In this document: positions 25,801-40,800 of the stretch, one piece after another
Layout: each line of letters opens with the position of its first letter
Numbering within the stretch: position 1 is the stretch's first letter
Assembly: GCA_964016885.1 (NCBI GenBank)
Contig: OZ024750.1
Location: 37,324,001 to 37,388,000, forward strand
Origin: Eledone cirrhosa
Lineage: Eukaryota
Direction: 5' to 3'
Length of the DNA: 64,000 nucleotides
Program-made: the position numbers and the translations under genes
Notes under the pieces: generated by a model
Told to the model about the DNA's origin: nothing
Databases searched by the model: none
What the model saw: the letters and a program-made list of their open reading frames with translations, nothing else

Positions 25801-28800
25801 AATACTGTGTAAAATGATCAATTTGTGAAAAACCTAAAATAATCAATTCGTTTATACTTTTCGAAATATTTACTTCTGATTTCTAAAATTGATTTTTTAG
25901 GTTTTTGGAAAAAATATTTATAAATTGTGTTTCGACACGTTGAAAAATACAAAATATATATCAAAAAGTATATATATCGAAATCAGAAAAGAATTTCGAA
26001 AGAAATAAAATCAATCCTTTTTGAAATATAACAATTTTTCGAAATACTGTGTAAAATGATCAATTTGTGAAAAACCTAAAATAATCAATTCGTTTATACT
26101 TTTCGAAATATTTACTTCTGATTTCTAAAATTGATTTTTTTAGGTTAAAACCTAATATTAGGTTAAAACACACAGTATTTGGAAAAAATGCGTTTATACA
26201 CTATGTTTCGACACGTTGAAAGATTTTTTAAAAATACAAAATATATATCAATTTTCGAAATCAGAAAGTATATATTTCGAAAGAAAAAAAATCAATCTTT
26301 TTTGAAAAAAAACAATTTTTCGAAATACTTTGTAAAATGATAGATTTGTGAAAAACCTAAAATAATCCATTTTTTTATACTTTTCGAAATATTTACTTCT
26401 GATTTCTAAAATTGATTTTTTTAGGTTTTACACAGTATTTGGTAAAAAGGCGTTTATACATTTAGTTTCGACACGTTGAAAAATACAAAATATATATCAA
26501 TTTTCGAAATCAGAAAGTATATATTTCGAAAGAAAAAAAATTAATCTTTTTTGAAAAAAAACAATTATTCGAAATACTGTGTAAAATGATCAATTTGTGA
26601 AAAACCTAAAATAATCAATTCGTTTATACTTTTCGAAATATTTACTTCTGATTTCTAAAATTGATTTTTTAGGTTTTTCACAAATTGATCATTTTACACA
26701 GTATTTGGAAAAAATATTTTTTTTCAAAAGAATGCGGTTATAAATTGTGTTTCGACACGTTGAAAAATACAAAATATATATTAAAAAGTATATATATCGA
26801 AATCAGAAAGTATATATTTCGAAAGAAATAAAATCAATCCTTTTTGAAATATAACAATTTTTCGAAATACTGTGTAAAATGATCAATTTGTGAAAAACCT
26901 AAAATAATCAATTTTTTTATACTTTTCGAAATATGTACTTCTGATTTCTAAAATTGATTTTTTTAGGTTTTTCACAAATTGAACATTTTACACAGTATTT
27001 GAAAAAATGCGTTATGTTTCGACACGTTGAAAAACTTTTGAAAAATTCAAAATATATATCAATTTTCGAAATCAGAACGTATATATTTCGAAAGAAATAA
27101 AATCAATCTTTTTTGAAAAAAAACAATTTTTCGAAATACTGTGTAACATGATCATATTGTGAAAAACCTAAATTAATAAATTTTTTTATAATTTTAGAAA
27201 TATTTACTTCTGATTTCTAAAATTGATTTTTTTAGGTTTTTCACAAATTGATCATTTTACACAGTATTTGGAAAAAATATTTTTTTTCAAAAGAATGCGG
27301 TTATAAATTGTGTTTCGACACGTTGAAAAATACAAAATATATATCAAAAAGTATATATATCGAAATCAGAAAGTATATATTTCGAAAGAAAAAAAATCAA
27401 TCTTTTTTGAAAAGAAATTTTTCGAAATACTGTGTAAAATGATCAATTTGTGAAAAACCTAAAATAATCAATTTTTTTATACTTTTCGAAATATTTACTT
27501 CTGATTTCTAAAATTGATTTTTTTGGTTTTACACAGTATTTGAAAAAAAGGCGTTTATACATTTAGTTTCGACACGTTGAAAAATACAAAATATATATCA
27601 ATTTTCGAAATCAGAAAGTATATATTTCGAAAGAAAAAAAATTAATCTTTTTTGAATAAAAACAATTTTTCGAAATATTGTGTAAAATGATCAATTTGTG
27701 AAAAACCTAAAATAATCAATTTTTTTATACTTTTCGAAATATGTACTTCTGATTTCTAAAATTGATTTTTTTAGGTTTTTCACAAATTGAACATTTTACA
27801 CAGTATTTGAAAAAATGCGTTATGTTTCGACACGTTGAAAAACTTTTGAAAAATTCAAAATATATATCAATTTTCGAAATCAGAAAGTATATATTTCGAA
27901 AGAAATAAAATCAATCTTTTTTGAAAAAAAACAATTTTTCGAAATACTGTGTAACATGATCATATTGTGAAAAACCTAAATTAATAAATTTTTTTATAAT
28001 TTTAGAAATATTTACTTCTGATTTCTAACATTGATTTCTTTAGGTTTTTCACAAATTGATCATTTTACACAGTATTTGGAAAAAATATTTTTTTTCAAAA
28101 AAATGTGTTTATACATTGTGTTTCGACACATTGAAAAAATATTTGAAAAATACAAAATATATATCAATTTTCGAAATAAGAAAGTATATATTTCGAAAGA
28201 ACAAAAAATCAATCTTTTTTGAAAAGAAATTTTTCGAAATACTGTGTAAAATGATCAATTTGTGAAAAACCTAAAATAATCAATTTTTTTATACTTTTCG
28301 AAATATTTACTTCTGATTTCTGAAATTGATTTTTTTAGGTTTTTCACAAATTGATCATTTTACACAGTATTTGGAAAAAATATTTTTTTTCAAAATAATG
28401 CGGTTATAAATTGTGTTTCGACACGTTGAAAAATACAAAATATATATCAAAAAGTATATATATCGAAATCAGAAAGTATATATTTCGAAAGAAAAAAAAT
28501 CAATCTTTTTTGAAAAGAAATTTTTCGAAATACTGTGTAAAATGATCAATTTGTGAAAAACCTAAATTAATAAATTTTTTTATAATTTTAGAAATATTTA
28601 CTTCTGATTTCTAACATTGATTTTTTTAGGTTTTACACAGTATTTGGAAAAAATGCATTTATACATTTAAAAATACAAAATATATATCAATTTTCGAAAT
28701 CAGAAAGTATATATTTCGAAAGAAAAAAAATCAATCTTTTTTGAAAAGAAATTTTTCGAAATACTGTGTAAAATGATCAATTTGTGAAAAACCTAAAATA

Positions 28801-31800
28801 ATCAATTTTTTTATACTTTTCGAAATATTTACTTCTGATTTCTAAAATTGATTTTTTTAGATTTTTCACAAATTGATCATTTTACACAGTATTTGGAAAA
28901 AATATTTTTTTTCAAAATAATGCGGTTATAAATTGTGTTTCGACACGTTGAAAAATACAAAATATATATCAAAAAGTATATATATCGAAATCAGAAAGTA
29001 TATATTTCGAAAGAAAAAAAATCAATCTTTTTTGAAAAGAAATTTTTCGAAATACTGTGTAAAATGATCAATTTGTGAAAAACCTAAAATAATCCATTTT
29101 TTTATACTTTTCGAAATATTTACTTCTGATTTCTAAAATTGATTTTTTTGGTTTTACACAGTATTTGAAAAAAAGGCGTTTATACATTTAGTTTCGACAC
29201 GTTGAAAAATAAAAAAATATATCAATTTTCGAAAGAAAAAAAATTAATCTTTTTTGAAAAAAAACAATTTTTCGAAATACTGTGTAAAATGATCAATTTG
29301 TGAAAAACTATATAATAATAAAATAATCCATTTTTTTATACTTTTCGAAATATTTACTACTGATTTCTAAAATTGATTTTTTTAGGTTTTTCACAAATTG
29401 ATCATTTTACACAGTATTTCGAAAAATTGTTTTTTTTCAAAAAAATGCGTTTATACATTGTGTTTCGACACGTTGAAAAATTTTTTAAAAACACAAAATA
29501 TATATCAATTTTCGAAATCAGAAAGTATATATTTCAAAAGAAAAAAAATCAATCATTTTTAAAAAAAAACAATTTTTCGAAATACTGTGTAAAATGATCA
29601 ATTTGTGAAAAACCTAAAATAATCAATTTTTTTATACCTTTCGAAATGTTTACTTCTGATTTCTAAAATTGATATTTTTTAGGTTTTTCACAAATTGATC
29701 ATTTTACACAGTATTTGGAAAAAATGCGTTTATAAATTAAGTTTCGACACGTTAAAAAATTTTTTAAAAATACAAAATATATATCAATTTTCGAAATCAG
29801 AAAGTATGTATTTCGAAAGAAAAAAAATCAATCTTTTTTGAAAAAAAACAATTTTTCAAAATACTTTGTAAAATGATCAATTTGTGAAAAACCTAAAATA
29901 ATCCATTTTTTTATACTTTTCGAAATATTTACTTCTGATTTCTAAAATTGATTTTTTTAGGTTTTTCACAAATTGATCATTTTACACAGTATTTGGAAAA
30001 AATGCATTGTTTCGACACGTTGAAAAATTCAAAATATATATCAATTTTCGAAATCAGAAAGTATATATTTCGAAAGAAATAAAATCAATCTTTTTTGAAA
30101 AAAAACAATTTTTCGAAATACTGTGTAACATGATCATATTGTGAAAAACCTAAATTAATAAATTTTTTTATAATTTTAGAAATATTTACTTCTGATTTCT
30201 AACATTGATTTTTTTAGGTTTTACACAGTATTTGGAAAAAATGCGTTTATACATTATGTTTCGACACGTTGAAAAATTTTTTAAAAATACAAAATATATA
30301 TCAATTTTCGAAATCAGAAAGTACATATTTCGAAAGAAAAAAAATTAATCTTTTTTGAAAAAAAACAATTTTTCGAAATACTGTGTAAAATGATCAATTT
30401 GTGAAAAACCTAAAATAATCAATTCGTTTATACTTTTCGAAATATTTACTTCTGATTTCTAAAATTGATTTCTTTAGGTTTTTCACAAATTGATCATTTT
30501 ACACAGTATTTGGAAAAAATATTTTTTTTCAAAAGAATGCGGTTATAAATTGTGTTTCGACACGTTGAAAAATACAAAATATATATTAAAAAGTATATAT
30601 ATCGAAATCAGAAAGTATATATTTCGAAAGAAATAAAATCAATCCTTTTTGAAATATAACAATTTTTCGAAATACTGTGTAAAATGATCAATTTGTGAAA
30701 AACCTAAAATAATCAATTCGTTTATACTTTTCGAAATATTTACTTCTGATTTCTAAAATTGATTTCTTTAGGTTTTTCACAAATTGATCATTTTACACAG
30801 TATTTGGAAAAAATATTTTTTTTCAAAAAAATGTGTTTATGCATTGTGTTTCGACACGTTGAAAAAATATTTGAAAAATACAAAATATATATTAAAAAGT
30901 ATATATATCGAAATAAGAAAGTATATATTTCGAAAGAACAAAAATTCAATCTTTTTTGAAAAGAAATTTTTCGAAATACTGTGTAAAATGATCAATTTGT
31001 GAAAAACCTAAAATAATCAATTTTTTTATACTTTTCGAAATATTTACTTCTGATTTCTAAAATTGATTTTTTTAGGTTTTTCACAAATTGATCATTTTAC
31101 ACAGTATTTGGAAAAAATGCATTGTTTCAACACGTTGAAAGATTTTTTAAAAATACAAAATATATATCAATTTTCGAAATCAGAAAGTATATTTCGAAAG
31201 AAAAAATATCAATCTTTTTTGAAAAAAAACAATTATTCGAAATACTTTGTAAAATGATAGATTTGTGAAAAACCTAAAATAATCCATTTTTTTATACTTT
31301 TCGAAATATTTACTTCTGATTTCTAAAATTGATTTTTTTAGGTTTTTCACAAATTGAACATTTTACACAGTATTTGGAAAAAATGCGTTATGTTTCGACA
31401 CGTTGAAAAACTTTTGAAAAATTCAAAATATATATCAATTTTCGAAATCAGAAAGTATATATTTCGAAAGAAATAAAATCAATCTTTTTTGAAAAAAAAC
31501 AATTTTTCGAAATACTGTGTAAAATGATCAATTTGTGAAAAACCTAAAATAATCAATTTTTTATACTTTTCGAAATATTTACTTCTGATTTCTAAAATTG
31601 ATTTTTTTAGGTTTTTCACAAATTGATCATTTTACACAGTATTTGGAAAAAATGCATTGTTTCGACACGTTGAAAAATTTTTTAAAAATACAAAATATAT
31701 ATCAATTTTCGAAATCAGAAAGTATATATTTCGAAAGAAAAAAAATTAATCTTTTTTGAAAAAAAACAATTTTTCGAAATACTGTGTAAAATGATCAATT

Positions 31801-34800
31801 TGTGAAAAACCTAAAATAATCAATTTTTTTATACCTTTCGAAATATTTACTTCTGATTTCTAAAATTGATTTTTTTTAGGTTTTTCACAAATTGATCATT
31901 TTACACAGTATTTGTAAAAAATATTTTTCTTCAAAAAAATGTGTTTATACATTGTGTTTCGACACGTTGAAAAATACAAAATATATATCAATTTTCGAAA
32001 TCAGAAAGTATATATTTCGAAAGAAAAAAAATTAATCTTTTTTGAAAAAAAACAATTTTTCGTGTAAAATGATCAATTTGTGAAAAACCTAAAATAATCA
32101 ATTTTTTTATACTTTTCGAAATATTTACTTCTGATTTCTAAAATTGATTTTTTTAGGTTTTACACAGTATTTGGAAAAAAGGCGTTTATACATTTAGTTT
32201 CGACACGTTGAAAAATACAAAATATATATCAATTTTCGAAATCAGAAAGTATATATTTCGAAAGAAAAAAAATTAATCTTTTTTGAAAAAAAACAATTTT
32301 TCGAAATACTGTGTAAAATGATCAATTTGTGAAAAACCTAAAATAATCAATTTTTTTATACTTTTCGAAATATTTACTTCTGATTTCTAAAATTGATTTT
32401 TTTTAGGTTTTTCACAAATTGATCATTTTACACAGTATTTGGAAAAAATGCATTGTTTCGACACGTTGAAAAATTTTTTAAAAATACAAAATATATATCA
32501 ATTTTCGAAATCAGAAACTATGTTTCGAAAGAAAAAAAATCAATCTTTTTTGAAAAAAAACAATTTTTCGAAATACTTTGTAAAATGATAGATTTGTGAA
32601 AAACCTAAAATAATCAATTTTTTTATACTTTTCGAAATATTTACTTCTGATTTCTAAAATTGATTTTTTTAGGTTTTTCACAAATTGATCATTTTACACA
32701 GTATTTGGAAAAAATATTTTTTTTCAAAAGAATGCGTTTATAAATTGTGTTTCGACACGTTGAAAAATACAAAATATATATCAATTTTCGAAATCAGAAA
32801 GTATATATTTCGAAAGAAAAAAAATTAATCTTTTTTGAAAAAAAACAATTTTTCGAAATACTGTGTAAAATGATCAATTTGTGAAAAACATAAAATAATC
32901 AATTTTTTTATACTTTTCGAAATATTTACTTCTGATTTCTAAAATTGATTTTTTTAGGTTTTTCACAAATTGATCATTTTACACAGTATTTGGAAAAAAT
33001 GCATTGTTTCGACACGTTGAAAAATTTTTTAAAAATACAAAATATATATCAATTTTCGAAATCAGAAAGTATATATTTCGAAAGAAAAAAAATTAATCTT
33101 TTTTGAAAAAAAACAATTTTTCGAAATACTGTGTAAAATGATCAATTTGTGAAAAACCTAAAATAATCAATTTTTTTATACTTTTCGAAATATTTACTTC
33201 TGATTTCTAAAATTGATTTTTTTAGGTTTTTCACAAATTGATCATTTTACACAGTATCTGGAAAAAATATTTTTTTTCAAAAGAATGCGTTTATAAATTG
33301 TGTTTCGACACGTTGAAAAATACAAAATATATATCAAAAAGTATATATATCGAAATCAGAAAGTATATATTTCGAAAGAAAAAAAATCAATCTTTTTTGA
33401 AAAGAAATTTTTCGAAATACTGTGTAAAATGATCAATTTGTGAAAAACCTAAAATAATCAATTTTTTTATACTTTTCGAAATATTTACTTCTGATTTCTA
33501 AAATTGATTTTTTTAGGTTTTACACAAATTGATCATTTTACACAGTATTTCGAAAAAATGCATTGTTTCGACACGTTGAAAAATACAAAATATATATCAA
33601 TTTTCGAAATCAGAAAGTATATATTTCGAAAGAAAAAAAATTAATATTTTTTGAAAAAAAACAATTTTTCGAAATACTGTGTAAAATGATCAATTTGTGA
33701 AAAACCTAAAATAATCAATTTTTTTATACTTTTCGAAATAGTTACTTCTGATTTCTAAAATTGATTTTTTTGGTTTTACACAGTATTTGAAAAAAAGGCG
33801 TTTATACATTTAGTTTCGACACGTTGAAAAATAAAAAATATATATCAATTTTCGAAAGAAAAAAAATTAATCTTTTTTGAAAAAAAACAATTTTTCGAAA
33901 TACTGTGTAAAATGATCAATTTGTGAAAAACAATATAATAATAAAATAATCCATTTTTTTATACTTTTCGAAATATTTACTTCTGATTTCTAAAATTGAT
34001 TTTTTTAGGTTTTTCACAAATTGATCATTTTACACAGTATTTCGAAAAATTGTTTTTTTTCAAAAAAATGCGTTTATACATTGTGTTTCGACACGTTGAA
34101 AAATGTTTTAAAAACACAAAATATATATCTATTTTCGAAATCAGAAAGTATATATTTCAAAAGAAAAAAAATCAATCATTTTTAAAAAAAAACAATTTTT
34201 CGAAATACTGTGTAAAATGATCAATTTGTGAAAAACCTAAAATAATCAATTTTTTTATACCTTTCTTAATATTTACTTCTGATTTCTAAAATTGATATTT
34301 TTTAGGTTTTTCACAAATTGATCATTTTACACAGTATTTGGAAAAAATGCGTTTATAAATTAAGTTTCGACACGCTGAAAAATTTTTTAAAAATACAAAA
34401 TATATATCAATTTTCGAAATCAGAAAGTATGTATTTCGAAAGAAAAAAAATCAATCTTTTTTGAAAAAAAACAATTTTTCGAAATACTTTGTAAAATGAT
34501 CAATTTGTGAAAAACCTAAAATAATCAATTTTTTTATACTTTTCGAAATATTTACTTCTGATTTCTAAAATTGATTTTTTTAGGTTTTTCATAAATTGAT
34601 CATTTCACACAGTATTTGGAAAAAATACATTGTTTCGACACGTTGAAAAATTTTTTAAAAATACAAAATATATATCAATTTTCGAAATCAGAAAGTATAT
34701 ATTTCTAAAGAAATAAAATCAATCTTTTTTGAAAAAAAACAACTTTTCGAAATACTGTGTAACATGATCAATTTGTGAAAAACCTAAAATAATAAATTTT

Positions 34801-37800
34801 TTTATACTTTTCGAAATATTTACTTCTGATTTCTAAAATTGATTTTTTTAGGTGTTTCACAAATTTATCATTTTACACAGTATTTGGAAAAAATATTTTT
34901 TTTCAAAAAAATGTGTTTATACATTGTGTTTCGACACGTTGAAAAATACAATATATATATCAATTTTCGGAATCAGAAAGTATGTATTTCGAAAGAAAAA
35001 AAATCAATCTTTTTTGAAAAAAAACAATTTTTCGAAAGTATTTGGAAAAAATGCGTTATGTTTCGACACGTTGAAAAATACAAAATATATATCAAAAAGT
35101 ATATATATCGAAATCAGAAAGTATATATTTCGAAAGAAATAAAATCAATCCTTTTTGAAAGAAAACAATTTTTCGAAATACTGTGTAAAATGATCAATTT
35201 GTGAAAAACATAAAATAATCAATTTTTTTATACTTTTCGAAATATTTACTCCTGATTTCTAAAATTGATTTTTTTTAGGTTTTTCACAAATTGATCATTT
35301 TAAACAGTATTTGGAAAAAATATTTTTTTTCAAAAAGATGTGTTTATACATTGTGTTTCGACACGTTGAAATATATTTCAAAAATACAAAATATATATCA
35401 ATTTTCGAAATCAGAAAGTATATTTCGAAAGAAAAAAAATCAATCTTTATTGAAAAAAAACAATTTTTCGAAATACTTTGTAAAATGATAGATTTGTGAA
35501 AAACCTAAAATAATCCATTTTTTTATACTTTTCGAAATATTTACTTCTGATTTCAAAAATTGATTTTTTTAGGTTTTTCACAAATTGGTCATTTTACACA
35601 GTATTTGGAAAAAATATTTATAAATTGTGTTTCGACACGTTGAAAAATACAAAATATATATCAAAAAGTATATATATCGAAATCAGAAAAGAATTTCGAA
35701 AGAAATAAAATCAATCCTTTTTGAAATATAACAATTTTTCGAAATACTGTGTAAAATGATCAATTTGTGAAAAACCTAAAATAATCAATTCGTTTATACT
35801 TTTCGAAATATTTACTTCTGATTTCTAAAATTGATTTTTTTAGGTTAAAACCTAATATTAGGTTAAAACCCACAGTATTTGGAAAAAATGCGTTTATACA
35901 CTATGTTTCGACACGTTGAAAGATTTTTTAAAAATACAAAATATATATCAATTTTCGAAATCAGAAAGTATATATTTCGAAAGAAAAAAAATCAATCTTT
36001 TTTGAAAAAAAACAATTTTTCGAAATACTTTGTAAAATGATAGATTTGTGAAAAACCTAAAATAATCCATTTTTTTATACTTTTCGAAATATTTACTTCT
36101 GATTTCTAAAATTGATTTTTTTAGGTTTATAACAAATTGATCATTTTACACAGTATTTGGAAAAAATATTTTTTTTCAAAACAATGCGTTTATAAATTGT
36201 GTTTCGACACGTTGAAAAATACAAAATATATATCAAAAAGTATATATATCGAAATCAGAAAGTATATATTTCGAAAGAAAAAAAATCAATCTTTTTTGAA
36301 AAGAAATTTTTCGAAATACAATTTATGATCAATTTGTGAAATTTTTCGAAATACAATTGTGAAAAACCTAAAATAATCAATTTTTTTATACTTTTCGAAA
36401 TATTTACTTCTGATTTCTAAAATTGATTTTTTTAGGTTTTACACAGTATTTGGTAAAAAGGCGTTTATACATTTAGTTTCGACACGTTGAAAAATACAAA
36501 ATATATATCAATTTTCGAAATCAGAAAGTATGTATTTCGAAAGAAAAAAAATCAATCTTTTTTGAAAAAAAACAATTTTTCGAAATATTGTGTAAAGTGA
36601 TCAATTTGTGACAAACCTAAAATAATCAATTTTTTTATACTTTTCGAAATATTTACTTCTGATTTCTAAAATTGAGTTTTTTAGGTTTTTCACAAATTGA
36701 TCATTTTACACAGTATTTGGAAAAAATATTTTTTTTCAAAAAAATGTGTTTATACATTGTGTTTCGACACGTTGAAAAATATGTGAAAAATACAAAATAT
36801 ATATCAATTTTCGAAATCAGAAAGTATATATTTCGAAAGAAAAAAAATTAATCTTTTTTGAAAAAAAATTTTTCGAATTACTGTGTAAAATGATCAATTT
36901 GTGAAAAACCTAAAATAATCAATTCGTTTATACTTTTCGAAATATTTACTTCTGATTTCTAAAATTGATTTTTTTAGGTTTTTCACAAATCGATCATTTT
37001 ACACAGTATTTGGAAAAATATTTTTTTTCAAAAAAATGTATTTATACATTGGGTTTCGACACGTTGAAAAACTTTTGACAAATTCAAAATATATATCAAT
37101 TTTCGAAATCAGAAAGTATATATTTCGAAAGAAATAAAATCAATCTTTTTTCAAAAAAAACAATTTTTCGAAATACTGTGTAACATGATCAATTTGTGAA
37201 AAACCTAAATTAATAAATTTTTTTATAATTTTAGAAATATTTACTTCTGATTTCTAACATTGATTTTTTTAGGTTTTACACAGTATTTGGAAAAAATGCA
37301 TTTATACATTTAAAAATACAAAATATATATCAATTTTCGAAATCAGAAAGTATATATTTCGAAAGAAAAAAAATTAATCTTTTTTAAAAAAAAACAATTT
37401 TTCGAAATACTGTGTAAAATGATCAATTTGTGAAAAACCTAAAATAATCAATTTTTCATACTTTTCGAAATATTTACTTCTGATTTCTAAAATTGATTTT
37501 TTTAGGTTTTTCACAAATTAATCATTTTACACAGTATTTGGAAAAAATATTTTTTTTCAAAAGAATGCGGTTATAAATTGTGTTTCGACACGTTGAAAAA
37601 TACAAAATATATATCAAAAAGTATATATATCGAAATCAGAAAGTATATATTTCGAAAGAAAAAAAATCAATCTTTTTTGAAAAGAAATTTTTCGAAATAC
37701 TGTGTAAAATGATCAATTTGTGAAAAACCTAAAATAATCAATTTTTTTATACTTTTCGAAATATTTACTTCTGATTTCTAAAATTGATTTTTTTGGTTTT

Positions 37801-40800
37801 ACACAGTATTTGAAAAAAAGGCGTTTATACATTTAGTTTCGACACGTTGAAAAATACAAAATATATATCAATTTTCGAAATCAGAAAGTATATATTTCGA
37901 AAGAAAAAAAATTAATCTTTTTTGAAAAAAAACAATTGTTCGAAATACTGTGTAAAATGATCAATTTGTGAAAAACCTAAAATAATCAATTCGTTTATAC
38001 TTTTCGAAATATTTACTTCTGATTTCTAAAATTGATTTTTTAGGTTTTTGGAAAAAATATTTATAAATTGTGTTTCGACACGTTGAAAAATACAAAATAT
38101 ATATCAAAAAGTATATATATCGAAATCAGAAAAGAATTTCGAAAGAAATAAAATCAATCCTTTTTGAAATATAACAATTTTTCGAAATACTGTGTAAAAT
38201 GATCAATTTGTGAAAAACCTAAAATAATCAATTCGTTTATACTTTTCGAAATATTTACTTCTGATTTCTAAAATTGATTTTTTTAGGTTAAAACCTAATA
38301 TTAGGTTAAAACACACAGTATTTGGAAAAAATGCGTTTATACACTATGTTTCGACACGTTGAAAGATTTTTTAAAAATACAAAATATATATCAATTTTCG
38401 AAATCAGAAAGTATATATTTCGAAAGAAAAAAAATCAATCTTTTTTGAAAAAAAACAATTTTTCGAAATACTTTGTAAAATGATAGATTTGTGAAAAACC
38501 TAAAATAATCCATTTTTTTATACTTTTCGAAATATTTACTTCTGATTTCTAAAATTGATTTTTTTAGGTTTTACACAGTATTTGGTAAAAAGGCGTTTAT
38601 ACATTTAGTTTCGACACGTTGAAAAATACAAAATATATATCAATTTTCGAAATCAGAAAGTATGTATTTCGAAAGAAAAAAAATCAATCTTTTTTGAAAA
38701 AAAACAATTTTTCGAAATATTGTGTAAAGTGATCAATTTGTGACAAACCTAAAATAATCAATTTTTTTATACTTTTCGAAATATTTACTTCTGATTTCTA
38801 AAATTGAGTTTTTTAGGTTTTTCACAAATTGATCATTTTACACAGTATTTGGAAAAAATATTTTTTTTCAAAAAAATGTGTTTATACATTGTGTTTCGAC
38901 ACGTTGAAAAATATTTGAAAAATACAAAATATATATCAATTTTCGAAATCAGAAAGTATATATTTCGAAAGAAAAAAAATTAATCTTTTTTGAAAAAAAA
39001 TTTTTCGAATTACTGTGTAAAATGATCAATTTGTGAAAAACCTAAAATAATCAATTCGTTTATACTTTTCGAAATATTTACTTCTGATTTCTAAAATTGA
39101 TTTTTTTAGGTTTTTCACAAATTGATCATTTTACACAGTATTTGGAAAAAATATTTTTTTTCAAAAAAATGTGTTTATACATTGGGTTTCGACACGTTGA
39201 AAAACTTTTGACAAATTCAAAATATATATCAATTTTCGAAATCAGAAAGTATATATTTCGAAAGAAATAAAATCAATCTTTTTTCAAAAAAAACAATTTT
39301 TCGAAATACTGTGTAACATGATCAATTTGTGAAAAACCTAAATTAATAAATTTTTTTATAATTTTAGAAATATTTACTTCTGATTTCTAACATTGATTTT
39401 TTTAGGTTTTACACAGTATTTGGAAAAAATGCATTTATACATTTAAAAATACAAAATATATATCAATTTTCGAAATCAGAAAGTATATATTTCGAAAGAA
39501 AAAAAATTAATCTTTTTTAAAAAAAAACAATTTTTCGAAATACTGTGTAAAATGATCAATTTGTGAAAAACCTAAAATAATCAATTTTTCATACTTTTCG
39601 AAATATTTACTTCTGATTTCTAAAATTGATTTTTTTAGGTTTTTCACAAATTGATCATTTTACACAGTATTTGGAAAAAATATTTTTTTTCAAAAGAATG
39701 CGGTTATAAATTGTGTTTCGACACGTTGAAAAATACAAAATATATATCAAAAAGTATATATATCGAAATCAGAAAGTATATATTTCGAAAGAAAAAAAAT
39801 CAATCTTTTTTGAAAAGAAATTTTTCGAAATACTGTGTAAAATGATCAATTTGTGAAAAACCTAAAATAATCAATTTTTTTATACTTTTCGAAATATTTA
39901 CTTCTGATTTCTAAAATTGATTTTTTTTGGTTTTACACAGTATTTGAAAAAAAGGCGTTTATACATTTAGTTTCGACACGTTGAAAAATACAAAATATAT
40001 ATCAATTTTCGAAATCAGAAAGTATATATTTCGAAAGAAAAAAAATTAATCTTTTTTGAAAAAAAACAATTATTCGAAATACTGTGTAAAATGATCAATT
40101 TGTGAAAAACCTAAAATAATCAATTCGTTTATACTTTTCGAAATATTTACTTCTGATTTCTAAAATTGATTTTTTAGGTTTTTCACAAATTGATCATTTT
40201 ACACAGTATTTGGAAAAAATATTTTTTTTCAAAAGAATGCGGTTATAAATTGTGTTTCGACACGTTGAAAAATACAAAATATATATTAAAAAGTATATAT
40301 ATCGAAATCAGAAAGTATATATTTCGAAAGAAATAAAATCAATCCTTTTTGAAATATAACAATTTTTCGAAATACTGTGTAAAATGATCAATTTGTGAAA
40401 AACCTAAAATAATCAATTTTTTTATACTTTTCGAAATATGTACTTCTGATTTCTAAAATTGATTTTTTTAGGTTTTTCACAAATTGAACATTTTACACAG
40501 TATTTGAAAAAATGCGTTATGTCGAAACATAACGCATTTTTTCAAATACTGTGTAAAATGTTCAATTTGTGAAAAACCTAAAAAAATCAATTTTAGAAAT
40601 CAGAAGTACATATTTCGAAAAGTATAAAAAAATTGATTATTTTAGGTTTTACACAGTATTTGAAAAAAAGGCGTTTATACATTTAGTTTCGACACGTTGA
40701 AAAATACAAAATATATATCAATTTTCGAAATCAGAAAGTATATATTTCGAAGTATATATTTCGAAAGAAAAACTTTTGAAAAACTTTTGAAAAATTCAAA